NCBI GenBank assembly: GCA_964234715.1
Contig: OZ174281.1
DNA: 64,000 nt
Reading direction: 5' to 3' (one strand)
DNA from: Podarcis melisellensis
Taxonomy: Eukaryota
The notes under the pieces are model-generated. The model was not told where the DNA came from and did not search any database. It was given only the letters and a program-made list of their open reading frames with translations. The position numbers were made by a program, and so were the translations under genes. Positions within the stretch are counted from its first letter, which is position 1. Each line of letters opens with the position of its first letter. Of the stretch, positions 27,766 to 39,170 are shown piece after piece.

Positions 27766-27851
27766 TCATGAAGATGCCAACACACACTCTCATTTTTGTC
27801 AATTTTATATATATTTTTTGTAATTATTATATCATAGTTTGGAGTACTTGC

Positions 27852-27984
27852 NNNNNNNNNNNNNNNNNNNNNNNNNNNNNNNNNNNNNNNNNNNNNNNNN
27901 NNNNNNNNNNNNNNNNNNNNNNNNNNNNNNNNNNNNNNNNNNNNNNNNNNNNNNNNNNNNNNNNNNNNNNNNNNNNNNNNNNNN
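27852..27984. other. Assembly gap (133 N)
   Basis: Run of N in the sequence. Confidence 1.
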
Positions 27985-28662
27985 AGCAGGATTTTTTTTT
28001 AACTGCTGTACATTCAGTTTTGAAAGCAGCAAGGGGCTGATGAAATTCATTTGTATTTGTCCCTCTGTCTGAAGCTACAAAGCCTTTTTTCTTTTTTTGG
28101 TAACTGTGAAAAGGCTTTTAAACTCTTTTTTTGATAGGTTGAAGTTTGGCGTTTTATAATTTGTTCTCCAAGTCATGTCAACAGATTTTTTTCTAGAGAG
28201 AAAAGGGATAGGAGACAAAACTTGAAAGAAATTGCTATACTTTTGGCTTGTATTCTGTAACAGGCAGGATGAGTTTTGTACCTTTTAAAATTGGAGAATA
28301 CACACTTTTCTTTGAGAGGTTATGGCAGCTGAAGATGGACTTAGTTTTCTAACTGTAGGCAAAATGGGAGATTTGGAGAAATTGTTCTCTGTTACCAGCA
28401 CTTCACTATGCATCTGTTCGAGGAGGAGAAGAAAGAGAAGAAAAAGACTGCCTGCCTTGAGGAGTCATGTGAGCGAAAACTGTGCCTGATTTCATTAGGA
28501 AATCCATTCTGTTATGTTTTGGTGCTGTTGGCTACTTTATCAAAAACCCTTCAATAGCATCCTTTTAAAATGATTGAAGCCATAAGTGCTTCTTGTCATA
28601 GACGTGCAATCTTTAACATTCCATTTCCATTCCACTGCTGTTTTTCATACCTTTTCACAGTC

Positions 28663-28670
28663 AGCATTAA
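28663..28670 (+). promoter_or_regulatory. miR-155 8mer seed match (AGCATTAA) in the JARID2 3'UTR
   Basis: AGCATTAA is present. JARID2 is an established miR-155 target in mammals. Confidence 0.65.
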
Positions 28671-29056
28671 TTTTGTTTTGAATTTTGTTTTGTTGTTTGA
28701 TCACATTTAGAGCCACTAGCAGATTTGCATATTTCTTTTGAATGTGAAAAATGCATTTGCTCTCATCTTGTCTATTTTTTTCCTTCATGTTGTAACAAAA
28801 AAGAAATCATACCTTTTGTACATAAGCCTGTAAATTGTTTTAAATACTTGAGCCTTTTCTTGGGAGGGTGGGGAAGGGTGACAAAGAGACAAGATGAAGA
28901 AAAGCCTTACGTTTCACTTTCTTCATCGGATGGATTTGGATGCTTACAGGGTTTTTCTTGTAACATTTATAAGTGCTGCTTACATCACTGAACAACAACA
29001 AAAATAATAATGGAGTAGTTGTTGCCCTTTTCCAGTTGTGTGTACAGTATGTGTGG

Positions 29057-29062
29057 AATAAA
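29057..29062 (+). terminator. Proximal polyadenylation signal candidate, JARID2
   Basis: AATAAA with UGUA upstream (tgtacag at 29041) and U/GU-rich sequence downstream. Confidence 0.5.
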
Positions 29063-29436
29063 AAAGGGAAAATGTTTTCACAAACTCTTTTGTTTCATAA
29101 TTGAATTCAAGACCGTAGAGCTACCCATATTGCACTGAGCTTGCCAGTGGTGACTGTCAGGAAAAGTCTTATAAAATACATATTGTCGGTTGTTGCAGAA
29201 GACGAATTGTTTTGGAATATTTAACAATAACATACAGAGTCGAGTGTTTTCCAATGTGGTTGTCCGGTTTTTATGGCCTTGCTGTGTACTTTTTCCTTCT
29301 TGACAGTAAACTTCTGACTATGGCTTACAGTTTGACATTTAATTTATTAGCGCTGCTCTGCTCTCTTTCCTTGTAAGGAAAGACTTCATGTTTATTGCCA
29401 GTTTTGTTTACTTTTCAGGTTTGTAATACAAGGTTT

Positions 29437-29442
29437 AATAAA
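29437..29442 (+). terminator. Distal polyadenylation signal, JARID2
   Basis: AATAAA preceded by TGTA and followed by a U/GU-rich tract (actttttggacactttgtctttctt). Confidence 0.7.
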
Positions 29443-30214
29443 AAAACCACACTTTTTGGACACTTTGTCTTTCTTCTGAAAGAGCAGTAGAGATTAAACT
29501 TCAAAAGTGAGGACCATTCTTGTTAGGAAAGATGCAACACATATAGCAGATATTCCCAACTTTCATTTATAGGTACATTATTCCACCGAACTCAAAGAGA
29601 AATGGGCTTCTGAGACTTATTTCGAGTAGTCAACTATTTGGGAATAGCTGCTCATTTAGAACATGCCCATAATCTCTTACATAGGGATAGCACAAGCATG
29701 TTGGCCTGATGCTGTGTGCTACAGGTAGTAAGTAGAAAGCTTCAACAGTCTTAAAGTTAGAATAGTGCACTTCATCAGTCTTTCGGTATCTATTGTGAAG
29801 TGAACAAAGCAGCATGCTTCTGCATCCCTTATCACAAATGAGGCTTATCCCACTAAATGTAGGACAAAGCAACAACAGGACAGGAGCATGGAATCAAAGT
29901 TCACATACTTTTTCAACTATTCAAGTAGTTGCTGATCTTTTTCTGCTTGTTATTTATAGGTATGTAAAACATCAGTAAGAAAGCATATAGATTTGTTTCT
30001 TACATCTGGAAGGTCACATAATTGGAGGCTATTCTTCTGTCTAAACAACAAACATTTACCAGTCTTTAGCCACAACAATTAAGACATGCACACTGGGACA
30101 ACAAACATGGCTTCTGTGTTATGTTCCTATGGAAGATTTTAAAAGGAACCCTTACAACAACTTGTTCATTGGATAAGCCTTTATATACAAGTTTTACTGT
30201 TCCAAAGCCAACAC

Positions 30215-30220
30215 TTTATT
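30215..30220 (-). terminator. Polyadenylation signal, DTNBP1
   Basis: tttatt on + (AATAAA on -), about 180 nt past the DTNBP1 stop codon. Confidence 0.6.
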
Positions 30221-30401
30221 GCTAATGGTGTGCTTCAAGAAATTTTTAATAAAAATCAGTATTTTCATGACTGTCAAACTCAAGTTTTATATATGGTAAT
30301 ATTTTTCATGATAAGATCGGAGTAACAAAAGCAAGCTCAAAATACTTCTTTACTCACTCATTCATTCCAGGGTCCTAATTCCTTTAGAGCACCATGATAA
30401 C

Positions 30402-30649
30402 TCAATTTGTTTGCGAATCACTCTCATCACTAACATCAGAAGGGCCTTTCATTTCAGTATGTACAGCAACAAGGGCAGTGTCTACTTGCACATCTTCCTC
30501 ATCGGACTGAATCACAGGCGATTCTCCTTCACTGGCATCTTGGCTGGCAGAATCAGTCCAGGCTGAAGTTGAGGAGGACAACTCTCTCAACGCTGACTGG
30601 GTGGGAACTTGAAGACTGATTTCATTTTGACCAGTACTGTTGTCTGATC
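30402..30649 (-). CDS. DTNBP1: DTNBP1 last exon, coding part (acidic/PEST tail)
   Basis: ttttgaag|GA; GSDNSTGQNEISLQVPTQSALRELSSSTSAWTDSASQDASEGESPVIQSDEEDVQVDTAL...SDSQTN, then TGA. Confidence 0.95.
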
Positions 30650-31281
30650 CTTCAAAATAACAAGAGAAGTCAGTGAGCTAGGCTTATTCATTTGTTAGAA
30701 ACCCATTATATTACAACAATTGGGAGACTATATGCTTTCGGTGTTTTGTACAAAATAGCTGAGAGAAAGTAAGAAAGCATTTGAATACGTGCTCCAGAAA
30801 TGGCACTGAGTTTCTCAGGGTGAAAAAAAAAGTGAAGAATAGTTGCATACTAAAGCATAAAAAGCTGTGTGCACCACTCCTTGTAATGCCTGACTAATAA
30901 TCCAGAACAAATGGAGCACATAAACCTCAGTCTAAGACATAAGATGTCAGGAAAGTAGCCACAATACGAATCTCTGTTTTATGAAAGTATCCTTGAACTA
31001 GGACTCTAGTTCAAATTAAGCCTCCAATTTTTTGTGAAATGAAAGATGTGGGCTTCTTGCTGAATCCTGCATCTTAGTGAACCTGGCTGGTGATATGTAT
31101 ATTTGTTCAGAAAACAAATGGGAAATGTGATTGAAATCAACAATTTATGGTAGATCTTTTTTCTTGGTGATTTAAATCACCTAAATTTAATACGTATCCA
31201 TCCTGCTCGAAAACATCAATAAGTACTATTTCTTTTTATGCCAGTGCAACCAGATCAAGAATGCAAGAGTTCATTTTATAC

Positions 31282-31425
31282 CTATCATAGGAGATGACAT
31301 AGTACTGTCCTCTCCTCCTGAATTAAGGAAGACATCTAAGGCTTCTTGGTCAGACATATCCACAAGGTCCATTTGTTCCAACATGTCCACATTTACTTCC
31401 ATAGAAGACATGCTTCCAATCGGCT
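31282..31425 (-). CDS. DTNBP1: DTNBP1 exon 9 equivalent
   Basis: ggcag|AG; [48 protein letters not shown]; G|gtataa. Confidence 0.97.
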
Positions 31426-32410
31426 CTGCCATAAGAAAAAAGTAAACAAGTAAACTTGAAAATCTAACCCATATATGATCACTTTTGGAGAAAACTATGG
31501 CATGAATTAAGCATACTGGAATATAACATTTATGGTTAGTGAATAGGCATCCTTTTACCTTTATTTTTTAAAAAAAAAATACTTGCACTGGATTTACAGC
31601 TTTATTTTCTGAAATTCATGTAATGGAACTACTTCGGACTTCATACCCAAACTCAGGATGATGCAACTTACTTTTTAAAAAAGATTTTATCATTATGAGA
31701 CAGGTAAGTAAAACTAATCATAACTGCCATTACAAGAAGCTAACATCCCAATCTCAAACTGCTATTAAGAGGTGGCTTAATTTCTCCAGAATTAACCCGG
31801 AGACAAACAGAATGTGCTAAGTTGTGATAGAAGCCCCAGAAGTTTCAGGCATTGTAAAAGTCCTTTGTACATGTGTAGGAAATCCTACTGTGACAATGAA
31901 GGTGCTGGAACCAGGGCACTTGAACTGTGGAAGATCAACAGAATCCAGCTGGAAAAGTCTTAAACTATTAAACTTACTTCAGAACCTACAGCTTTCATAC
32001 ATCTATACAGTTGCTATACCACAGGCCTTCGGATTTGGCTGTGTTTTCTTCCATACAATTCATCATTGTGGAGGAAAACAGCAAAACTGCAATCTGTCAC
32101 TTGTTCATGTGGAGCAAGCAACTGCAATATTAGAATTTATCAGCTTTCATCCCACTGGTGCTATGCTATTTCCAGCTGCAGCGCCTCAATCGCAGTCCTG
32201 CATATAGGACAGTCCTTTGCCTGCTGTTACATTCTTAGAAGCTAAGTGGGTCTCATTCTGCTCACTGGTTGAAGAAGAGAATGCTCAAACAAGCAAGCCA
32301 ATATGAACTTATACATGAAAGAACAGGACAGAGATGTACTGAAGGAACTAAAATCCCGCTTCCTATTGGAATCTAGCTTAAAAATTACACAGAACCTTTT
32401 CAGTACTTGC

Positions 32411-32566
32411 CTCGTCTTTCAGTTATTTGCAGATAGCCTGTGGAGAGATACTGTTCCATGTCCTGCTGAAAAGCTTCTTCAAAGAACTTTTGCCGCTCCT
32501 TTAGCTTCATTTGCTGGGTATGCTCCATAGCCAACACCTTCTGTGCATGCTCTGCATCAAGCTCAG
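32411..32566 (-). CDS. DTNBP1: DTNBP1 exon 8 equivalent (GC donor)
   Basis: ctgcag|CT; [52 protein letters not shown]; GAG|gcaagt. Confidence 0.96.
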
Positions 32567-33949
32567 CTGCAGTAGAGAAATATACATTAAGCCTGAAAGA
32601 TTCTCATTTCAGTGTTTTCAGAAGCATTTATGTTTTATGCATCCTGCTTCCCAAGGAAGTAAACTCTGCAAAAAAACTAAACCCAGTTGACAACTCATTC
32701 TTAAAGTTATTTCCTTAGGCATTTAAGACTAGTATTTTTTTCCATTAAAAAGAAATACTGAAGAGCACTTGCTTGGCGAGGAGCTTCTGAAGAATACAAA
32801 TGCGCATCCCAATATATTATCTGTCTGTGGCTGTAAGGCAAATGAGTTAAGGACTTCAGAAATTAGGGACAAGCCATTTTGTAGAAAGAGTAAAACTGAG
32901 AAGTAAACACACTCTTCTTTGCCATTGTGTTATATAAGCCAGTAGTGTCTATTATTTTACGTAGACTAAAAACCACAGAGCTTGTCCCATGTAATGAGCA
33001 AATGTTAGTTCTGCTATGATGCAGAAAGGCAATTCTATTGTAATAATAGGCCAGGAGCTATTACTAAGTATAGAAATCTATTTATTTGCCCCTAATATTG
33101 CCTGGCAGTTTTGAATTTTAATGGCAACATCCATTTTCTTCTATCCCCGAAATAGACATAGCAGCTAAGCAACAAATGGAGTTTATGTAATATTTTACCA
33201 AGCCTCTCTCCACTCCCAGTTAGCCTTTTATGTTTAAATTGATAAAGAAGGTTGCTGTCAACTTTGCAAGTCTGTTGTTGTAATCGATTCTATAGATTGG
33301 TGCCTATGGCATTTATAGATACATTCTTTCCGAAGTGTGTTATGAGGACACAAAGTTCACTTGTGTATTCCCCCAATGTGATCTTTGGAATGTTTTGATT
33401 GTTTTATATTGGTTTGTTTTAATGTTTCATCTATAATAAAATATTTTTTAAAAAGCAACTGCTAAAGTGTCAACAGTATCCTAAAATGTAATATACAAAG
33501 CCTACACAAGCAGTATGTGGGATTTACCTGACTTTACCATTTCAAAAACATTTAAAATGATATTGTGCCATTTACATACATATAACGTAATTATAAAAGT
33601 TGCACAACTAAAACAGTATAATAATCATGAGTTGCAAATACCACCAATCAACCAACAAAACCTGCTGCTCACTAACTGAGCAGCCTATGCACAGCCACCA
33701 CATTTCACAACTACATGAGTAGGAAAGAAATAGTTACATGAAATACTTCATTACTGCAATTTTCTCTCACTGTTTTGTCACCAGATACACCTTTGCCTTG
33801 TCTTGGTGTCAAGGAACTCTGACAAAATTTTCTGGTTTGGTTTTTAGAGTCAGCTTTTTCTTAGCTAATTCTCTGTGGCACACTCATTCAACTTATTCAT
33901 GTTATATTGCAACACAGCCAGAAATATATGTAGGCTCAGATGGCATATA

Positions 33950-35010
33950 CTGCCTCACTGACACTCCTTTGAATAGCACCAGATAATTGTTCATGGACTA
34001 ACATTATCAAATGGCACTGGGGAAGACAACTACTTTCCACCAATTTTCCAAGGACAGGCTTTCAGCTAATTAGCCTGCAATTTTCAGGATCCTCTGATGA
34101 ACCATTTTAAAAACTTGGTGTTAACACTGGTCACTTTCCAGTCCTCCGGTATGGAGGTTTATACTGGGGAGAAGTTACATATTTCCATTAGAATATCAGC
34201 AATTTCACAGCCGAGAACTCTCAGGACGATGCCATCCGGAATCAGTTATTATCAGTTTTTATTTTATCTATTAGGCCTAGAATGTCATATTTCATCAATA
34301 TTTTGCCTCAATTCTTCAGACTACCTTCCTTCACAGGTTAGTGCAGGAATGCAAATAATTTGTTCAGCTTCTCTGCGATTTCCTACTTTAGCACACCTTT
34401 GACCCCCTTTCTCATTCAAGGGTCCAAGCCTCCCTAGACTATCTCCTGTTACCAATATATTTAAAGATTTTTTTGTTGTTGGCCTTAGCGTTCTCCTCAA
34501 ATTCTTTTCTAGTGTCCTGTATTGTCTGCTTTTGCCAAGGTTTGTTCTTCTCATTTGGGCATTTTTTGAGGGAAGCCTTTTTCTAAGAGCTTCCTTGAAA
34601 GTGAATCATGCTGCTATCCTGGTGCCTCTGGAGGTACATTCCAATATATAGCATGAATAAGTCTAACCAGTCAGTTCTCTATGTTCTTTGCGTATTAAAT
34701 CTTTTCTATAGGTTAAAATGAAAAGTGTCAAGCTGAATCGGTATTGCCTAATATTGTCTCCATTAATTTTCTTCCAATATCCTTCTGCACAGAGGTATGT
34801 CTACCACATACGGCAGAGATCTCATTTTAAAAAATGTTTCCAGCAAATAAAAATGCAGTTACTGGTTTTACTCATGGTTACTAAAGTAACATACCATCTA
34901 GTTGCCATTATATATCAATTTCCCATTCTGTTGACAAATATTCCAAAAGCTCCTACTTGGATATTATCTCCTACATCTTACGCCTATCTAATCTTCAAGT
35001 CTGCAGCTTA
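33950..35010 (-). mobile_element. Degraded CR1 LINE ORF2 fragment
   Basis: Minus-strand reads resemble CR1 ORF2 segments (GPLNEKG, EIAEKLNKLF, PDGI, EIADILMEICN, IPEDWKVTSV, LGKLVE) with frameshifts and stops. Confidence 0.7.
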
Positions 35011-37778
35011 TTCCATTTCACACTCCATTTTTAATAGAATTGTGCACATTTTAGACAGTAACAGTGAAATCCTGTATATGCCTAGTCAGAAGCAAGTCCC
35101 ATTGAGTTCCATGGGGTTTATTTCCAAGTAAGTGTGCAAAGGACTGCAGCCTCTGGGTGAATTCCAACTGTGGCCACCACTGGTGTAACAGAACTTCCTA
35201 TGCTCCCCTCTGCAGCCACCCCACCATGCACCAAAGCCTGCTCCAAAGACTTGGAAGACTCTTCAGGGTAAATTGTGGGAGGGGAGGGAATGGAGAGGAG
35301 AAATATTGTTGTATGAGCAGAAGTCCACTCCTGTAATGTTGAATATCACTCTAAATGGTTTTTTCATATTACCACTGTTTCCCATACTGTGTCTTTTTTT
35401 CAAATGATTAAGAAAATCATCTGATATAAGAACTCTACGTTTAAAGTACTTAAATTATTGTAAGATATTTTACCAAATGCATTTTTACCCTGCTCTTCAG
35501 CCAAAAATGTTCCCAGAGCTACTTACAGAACAATAAAAATCAAAAAGGTCCCTGTACTCAGGCATATAATCTAACAGACAGAACACAAAAAAGGGGGAAA
35601 GATGAGGGAGGAAGCAGCAAACCCAGCACCAGTTCTTAACACAACAGAGTTCTTATGTAATGACCAACGTGGATAGGAACTGCATAGCTGCAAGAAGAGC
35701 CAAAAGGATATGCTCTCTTAGCACTGCCGATGAAAGCTCACATCTATTTTTAATTTCATTACAACTTAGCACTCTCTTGTATATTATTAGATATTTATAT
35801 CTGTTTGTATCTCTCTGCCAATGATATCTAACTGAGCTTGTTTTTAATGGTGAGTGACACAGTTTCAGTTAAACAGACAAAATTAAGAATCTGGACAATT
35901 GCCGCCATTAGTTGTCTGACAGAAGAGAAGACCAAGAAAGCATAATGCTAGAAAGCAACCACACAAGAATTAGCAGCCAAGCAAAAGGATCATCCCAACC
36001 CAATTTCCCCTGATTCTCTGAATATTTAAAATAAAATAGGACACGCTGTAGCAGATGCATTATTGCTTTTCAGTAGTTAATCCCATTTTTTCATCTGTAC
36101 AGAGGTGAAACAGTTCTGATTTTTTAAGTGCACCATGATCTTTCTTCTATAGAATTTCCTTTACACACAGAGAGTGGACTTGTCACTGTCCCGTGATTTG
36201 ATCCTACTATAAATAGGAATGCGTTTGCAATAGCAGGGTACTGATCAGGCAGAAAAGATCCATGCAAGTGTGTGCATTAAGAACCAGACAGGAACTTGAT
36301 TCCTCATTGATTAAGCTTTCCCTGACCAGTAAGAATGGGCTGTTTTGTGTGTCTGAATTCCTGAAGGTATTGTGGTGTTTTTAATATGCTTTCATACTTC
36401 AGTTTTATGTTATATTTTTCTTTTAACAATATGGTATATTTTATATTGTACACCACCTAGGTTTTTTTAAAAAAATAAGCACTTTATAAACACTTTTAAA
36501 CAAGCAAATAGAGAAAACAAAACTCCACACAATTACTCTCACTTATGTAGTTGCCTAATTCAATAATTCAGGTGACTGAGAAATGGGCTTATACCACAAC
36601 CTCAATAGTGAGTAGGCTGAGCAAGCTGTGTGTTATGACAAACTTGTTGTATACTTAGAAGAGACAACTTGAACATATTGAGCATCACATGAAGCAGCTG
36701 CCATCTCACAACTACAGTTACAACCTTGGGAAATGTTTTAACACCTAGCAGGTTTCTTTGATGCATAACGATCTACACTGCCCATCCAAAATTGACTGTT
36801 CAATCATTTTAAGTACAGAAAAATAAACTATGCAGCATACATATTTAAATCATGACTGGGCTGTTTGTTCTGCTCTAGAAATGCACATTAGCAGTTGGGC
36901 TGAACTCCTGCTGATTCAGGGAATCATTTTCATACAAAACTGAACTGTTCTGTTCTGTGGCAAGTTGCAATGAAGCAAAAATATCTTGATTAAGTGAGCA
37001 GGTATTGGTGGTACAGCAATTGAAACAGCACAGGCAGCTATACACATTTAAAAAAGACTAATGTGTAAGAATGTCATTAAGGCCTTTTGCCCCAAAGCAC
37101 AATGAACTGCTTGCTTGTTTGGTGGTGGAAGGTAAAGACAAGTTGATTATTTAGCTGAAGCTGTACAAGTAATAAATGCAAGTATGCTGTCAAAATATTA
37201 GTGCAGGTATGAACAAACAATTCTCCAAGACTTGTTAATATCTGGCAGTATAATGCCAACTGTAAAACATTATGAAAGAGCATTCAACTTCAATCTCACT
37301 TCATTTGTTTATGACATCTGTATGCCACCCCTTAATATAAAGTTCTCTCAGTGGTTTCATTCTCATGCCTTTTCATGGAGAAAGTCATCAATCATTAGAA
37401 AGATAATAAGAACAAGACCAACGGATACTCTGTTCCAGCACTGCCTAGACAGTATGTTAGGCAGTTGTCTCTTTTGAAGCAAACCATCTTCTGTCAACCA
37501 GCAATCAGGTACAATTAATGTCCCTAAGGTCAGTGCTGCCAGGCTGCAATCTGGCAATCTTACTCAGCAGGCAATCACACTCAATTTCCTCTTCCATGTA
37601 TATTTAAAGAAAGCTTTCCTCCTTAACAAATTTTACTCTCTCCGACATGAAAATAGTTGCTCATTCCCATTCTCCAAGCAAGCAATTTCATCCAAACACA
37701 ACTTCTCTGTGTGAGTTCTCTCAACATGTCACTATAACCTTTATTAAGCTTATCTGGGGACAATGGAAGGTCCTGCAA

Positions 37779-37930
37779 CATGGGCATAGCCAAGGGGGGT
37801 AGGGGAGCAGCTGCACCCCCAGATCAAGTAACTCAATCAAAATACTTAACTAATTGACCAATAATGTCAGTTCTGCTCCCCTAATGAAGTCCAGCCACCC
37901 CCCTAAAAAAAAGACCTGGCTATGCCCAAG
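37779..37930. mobile_element. hAT-type MITE (152 bp)
   Basis: 14-bp TIR CATGGGCATAGCCA / TGGCTATGCCCAAG; 8-bp TSD TCCTGCAA / TCCTCCAA. Confidence 0.82.
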
Positions 37931-38129
37931 TCCTCCAACTTAGTACCGTATTTTTCGCACGATTGGACGCACCGGACCATAGGACGCGCCTAGTTTTTTT
38001 GGGGGGGGAATAAAGGAAAAAAAATTCCCCTTTATTTCCCCCCCAAAAGCAGGTCAGGGAAACCGAACCAGGTCGAGGAACAGCGGGATAGTGGCGCTGC
38101 GCCTCCCTGCTGTCCCCCGAGCTTGTGGG

Positions 38130-38690
38130 GCTGGCTGATGTCTGCCTAGCGCGGGGGGGGCGCTCTGCTTCAGGGCGCCCCACCCGCCGGGCGGCAGGCT
38201 GCTATCCGCAGCTTGGGGAGCCTTGCGGGGAACTGCTGCAGGGCTCCCCACGCTGCGGATGTATGCCTGGCGTGAGGGGCGCTCTGCTTTAGGGCGCCCC
38301 ACCTGCCGGGCGGCAGGCTGCTATCCGCAGCTTGGGGAGCCTTGCGGGGAACTCCTGCAAGGCTCTCCACGCAGCGGATGTGTTCCTGAAGCGCCGGGCG
38401 CTCTGCTTTCAGGGCGCCCGACACTCCGGGAAGCAGGCTGCTATCCGCAGCTTGGGGAGCCTTGCGGGGAACTGCTGCAGGGCTCCCCAAGCTGCGGATG
38501 TATGCCTGGCGCGAGGGGCGCTCTGCTTCAGGGCGCCCCACCCGCCGGGCAGCAGGCTGCTATCCGCAGCGTGGGGAGCCTTGCGGGGAGCTCCTGCAAG
38601 GGTCCCCACGCTGCGGGTGTGTTCCCGAAGCGCCGGGAGCTCTGCTTTCAGGGCGCCCGACGCTCCGGGAAGCAGGCTGCTATCCGCAGC
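38130..38690. repeat. GC-rich tandem array, alternating 119/120-bp units (239-bp dimer)
   Basis: Anchor GCTGCTATCCGCAGC at 38198, 38317, 38437, 38556 and 38676. Confidence 0.9.
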
Positions 38691-38790
38691 CTAGACACGG
38701 CTAGCGGAGCGCTAATCCCGAAGCTTGGGGCGTGCGGAGCTCAGCGCGCCCCAAGCTTCTGGGCACCAGCAAGGTCTCCGCTAGCCATCG

Positions 38791-39170
38791 CGGGGCTCTC
38801 CCAGGGCTAGCGGAGACCTTGCCGGCACCCAGAAGCTTGGGGCGCGCTGAGCTCCGCACGCCCCAAGCTTCGGGATTAGCGCAGTGGTCCGCTAGCCCTG
38901 GGAGAGCCGTGCGACGTCGCGGGGCTCTCCCAGGGCTAGCGGAGACCTTGCCGGCACCCAGAAGCTTGGGGCGCGCTGAGCTCCGCACGCCCCAAGCTTC
39001 TGGATTAGCGCAGTGGTCCGCTAGCCCTGGGAGAGCCGCGCGACGTCGCGGGGCTCTCCCAGGGCTAGCGGAGACCTTGCCGGCACCCAGAAGCTTGGGG
39101 CGCGCTGAGCTCCGCACGCCCCAAGCTTCGGGATTAATGCAGCGCTCCGCTAGCGGTGGGAGAGCTGGGT
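38791..39170. repeat. GC-rich tandem array, 129-bp unit, about 3 copies
   Basis: Anchor CGGGGCTCTCCCAGGGCTAGCGG at 38791, 38920 and 39049. Confidence 0.92.

Larger units (their letters stand above)
27766..29460 (+). other. JARID2: JARID2 3'UTR
   Basis: Follows the stop codon; AU-rich; no recognisable transposon; AATAAA at 29057 and 29437; contains the N gap. Confidence 0.8.

Noticed and set aside
31271-31281. Dysbindin-1B-like C-terminal extension by read-through into intron 9
   Set aside because: Read-through gives only G-I-K-stop; no extended alternative tail is supported.
38130-39170. CRISPR-like array (palindromic repeats at regular spacing)
   Set aside because: Vertebrate intron with no cas genes; the 'spacers' are themselves repeated and the whole array is bounded by transposon TIRs.
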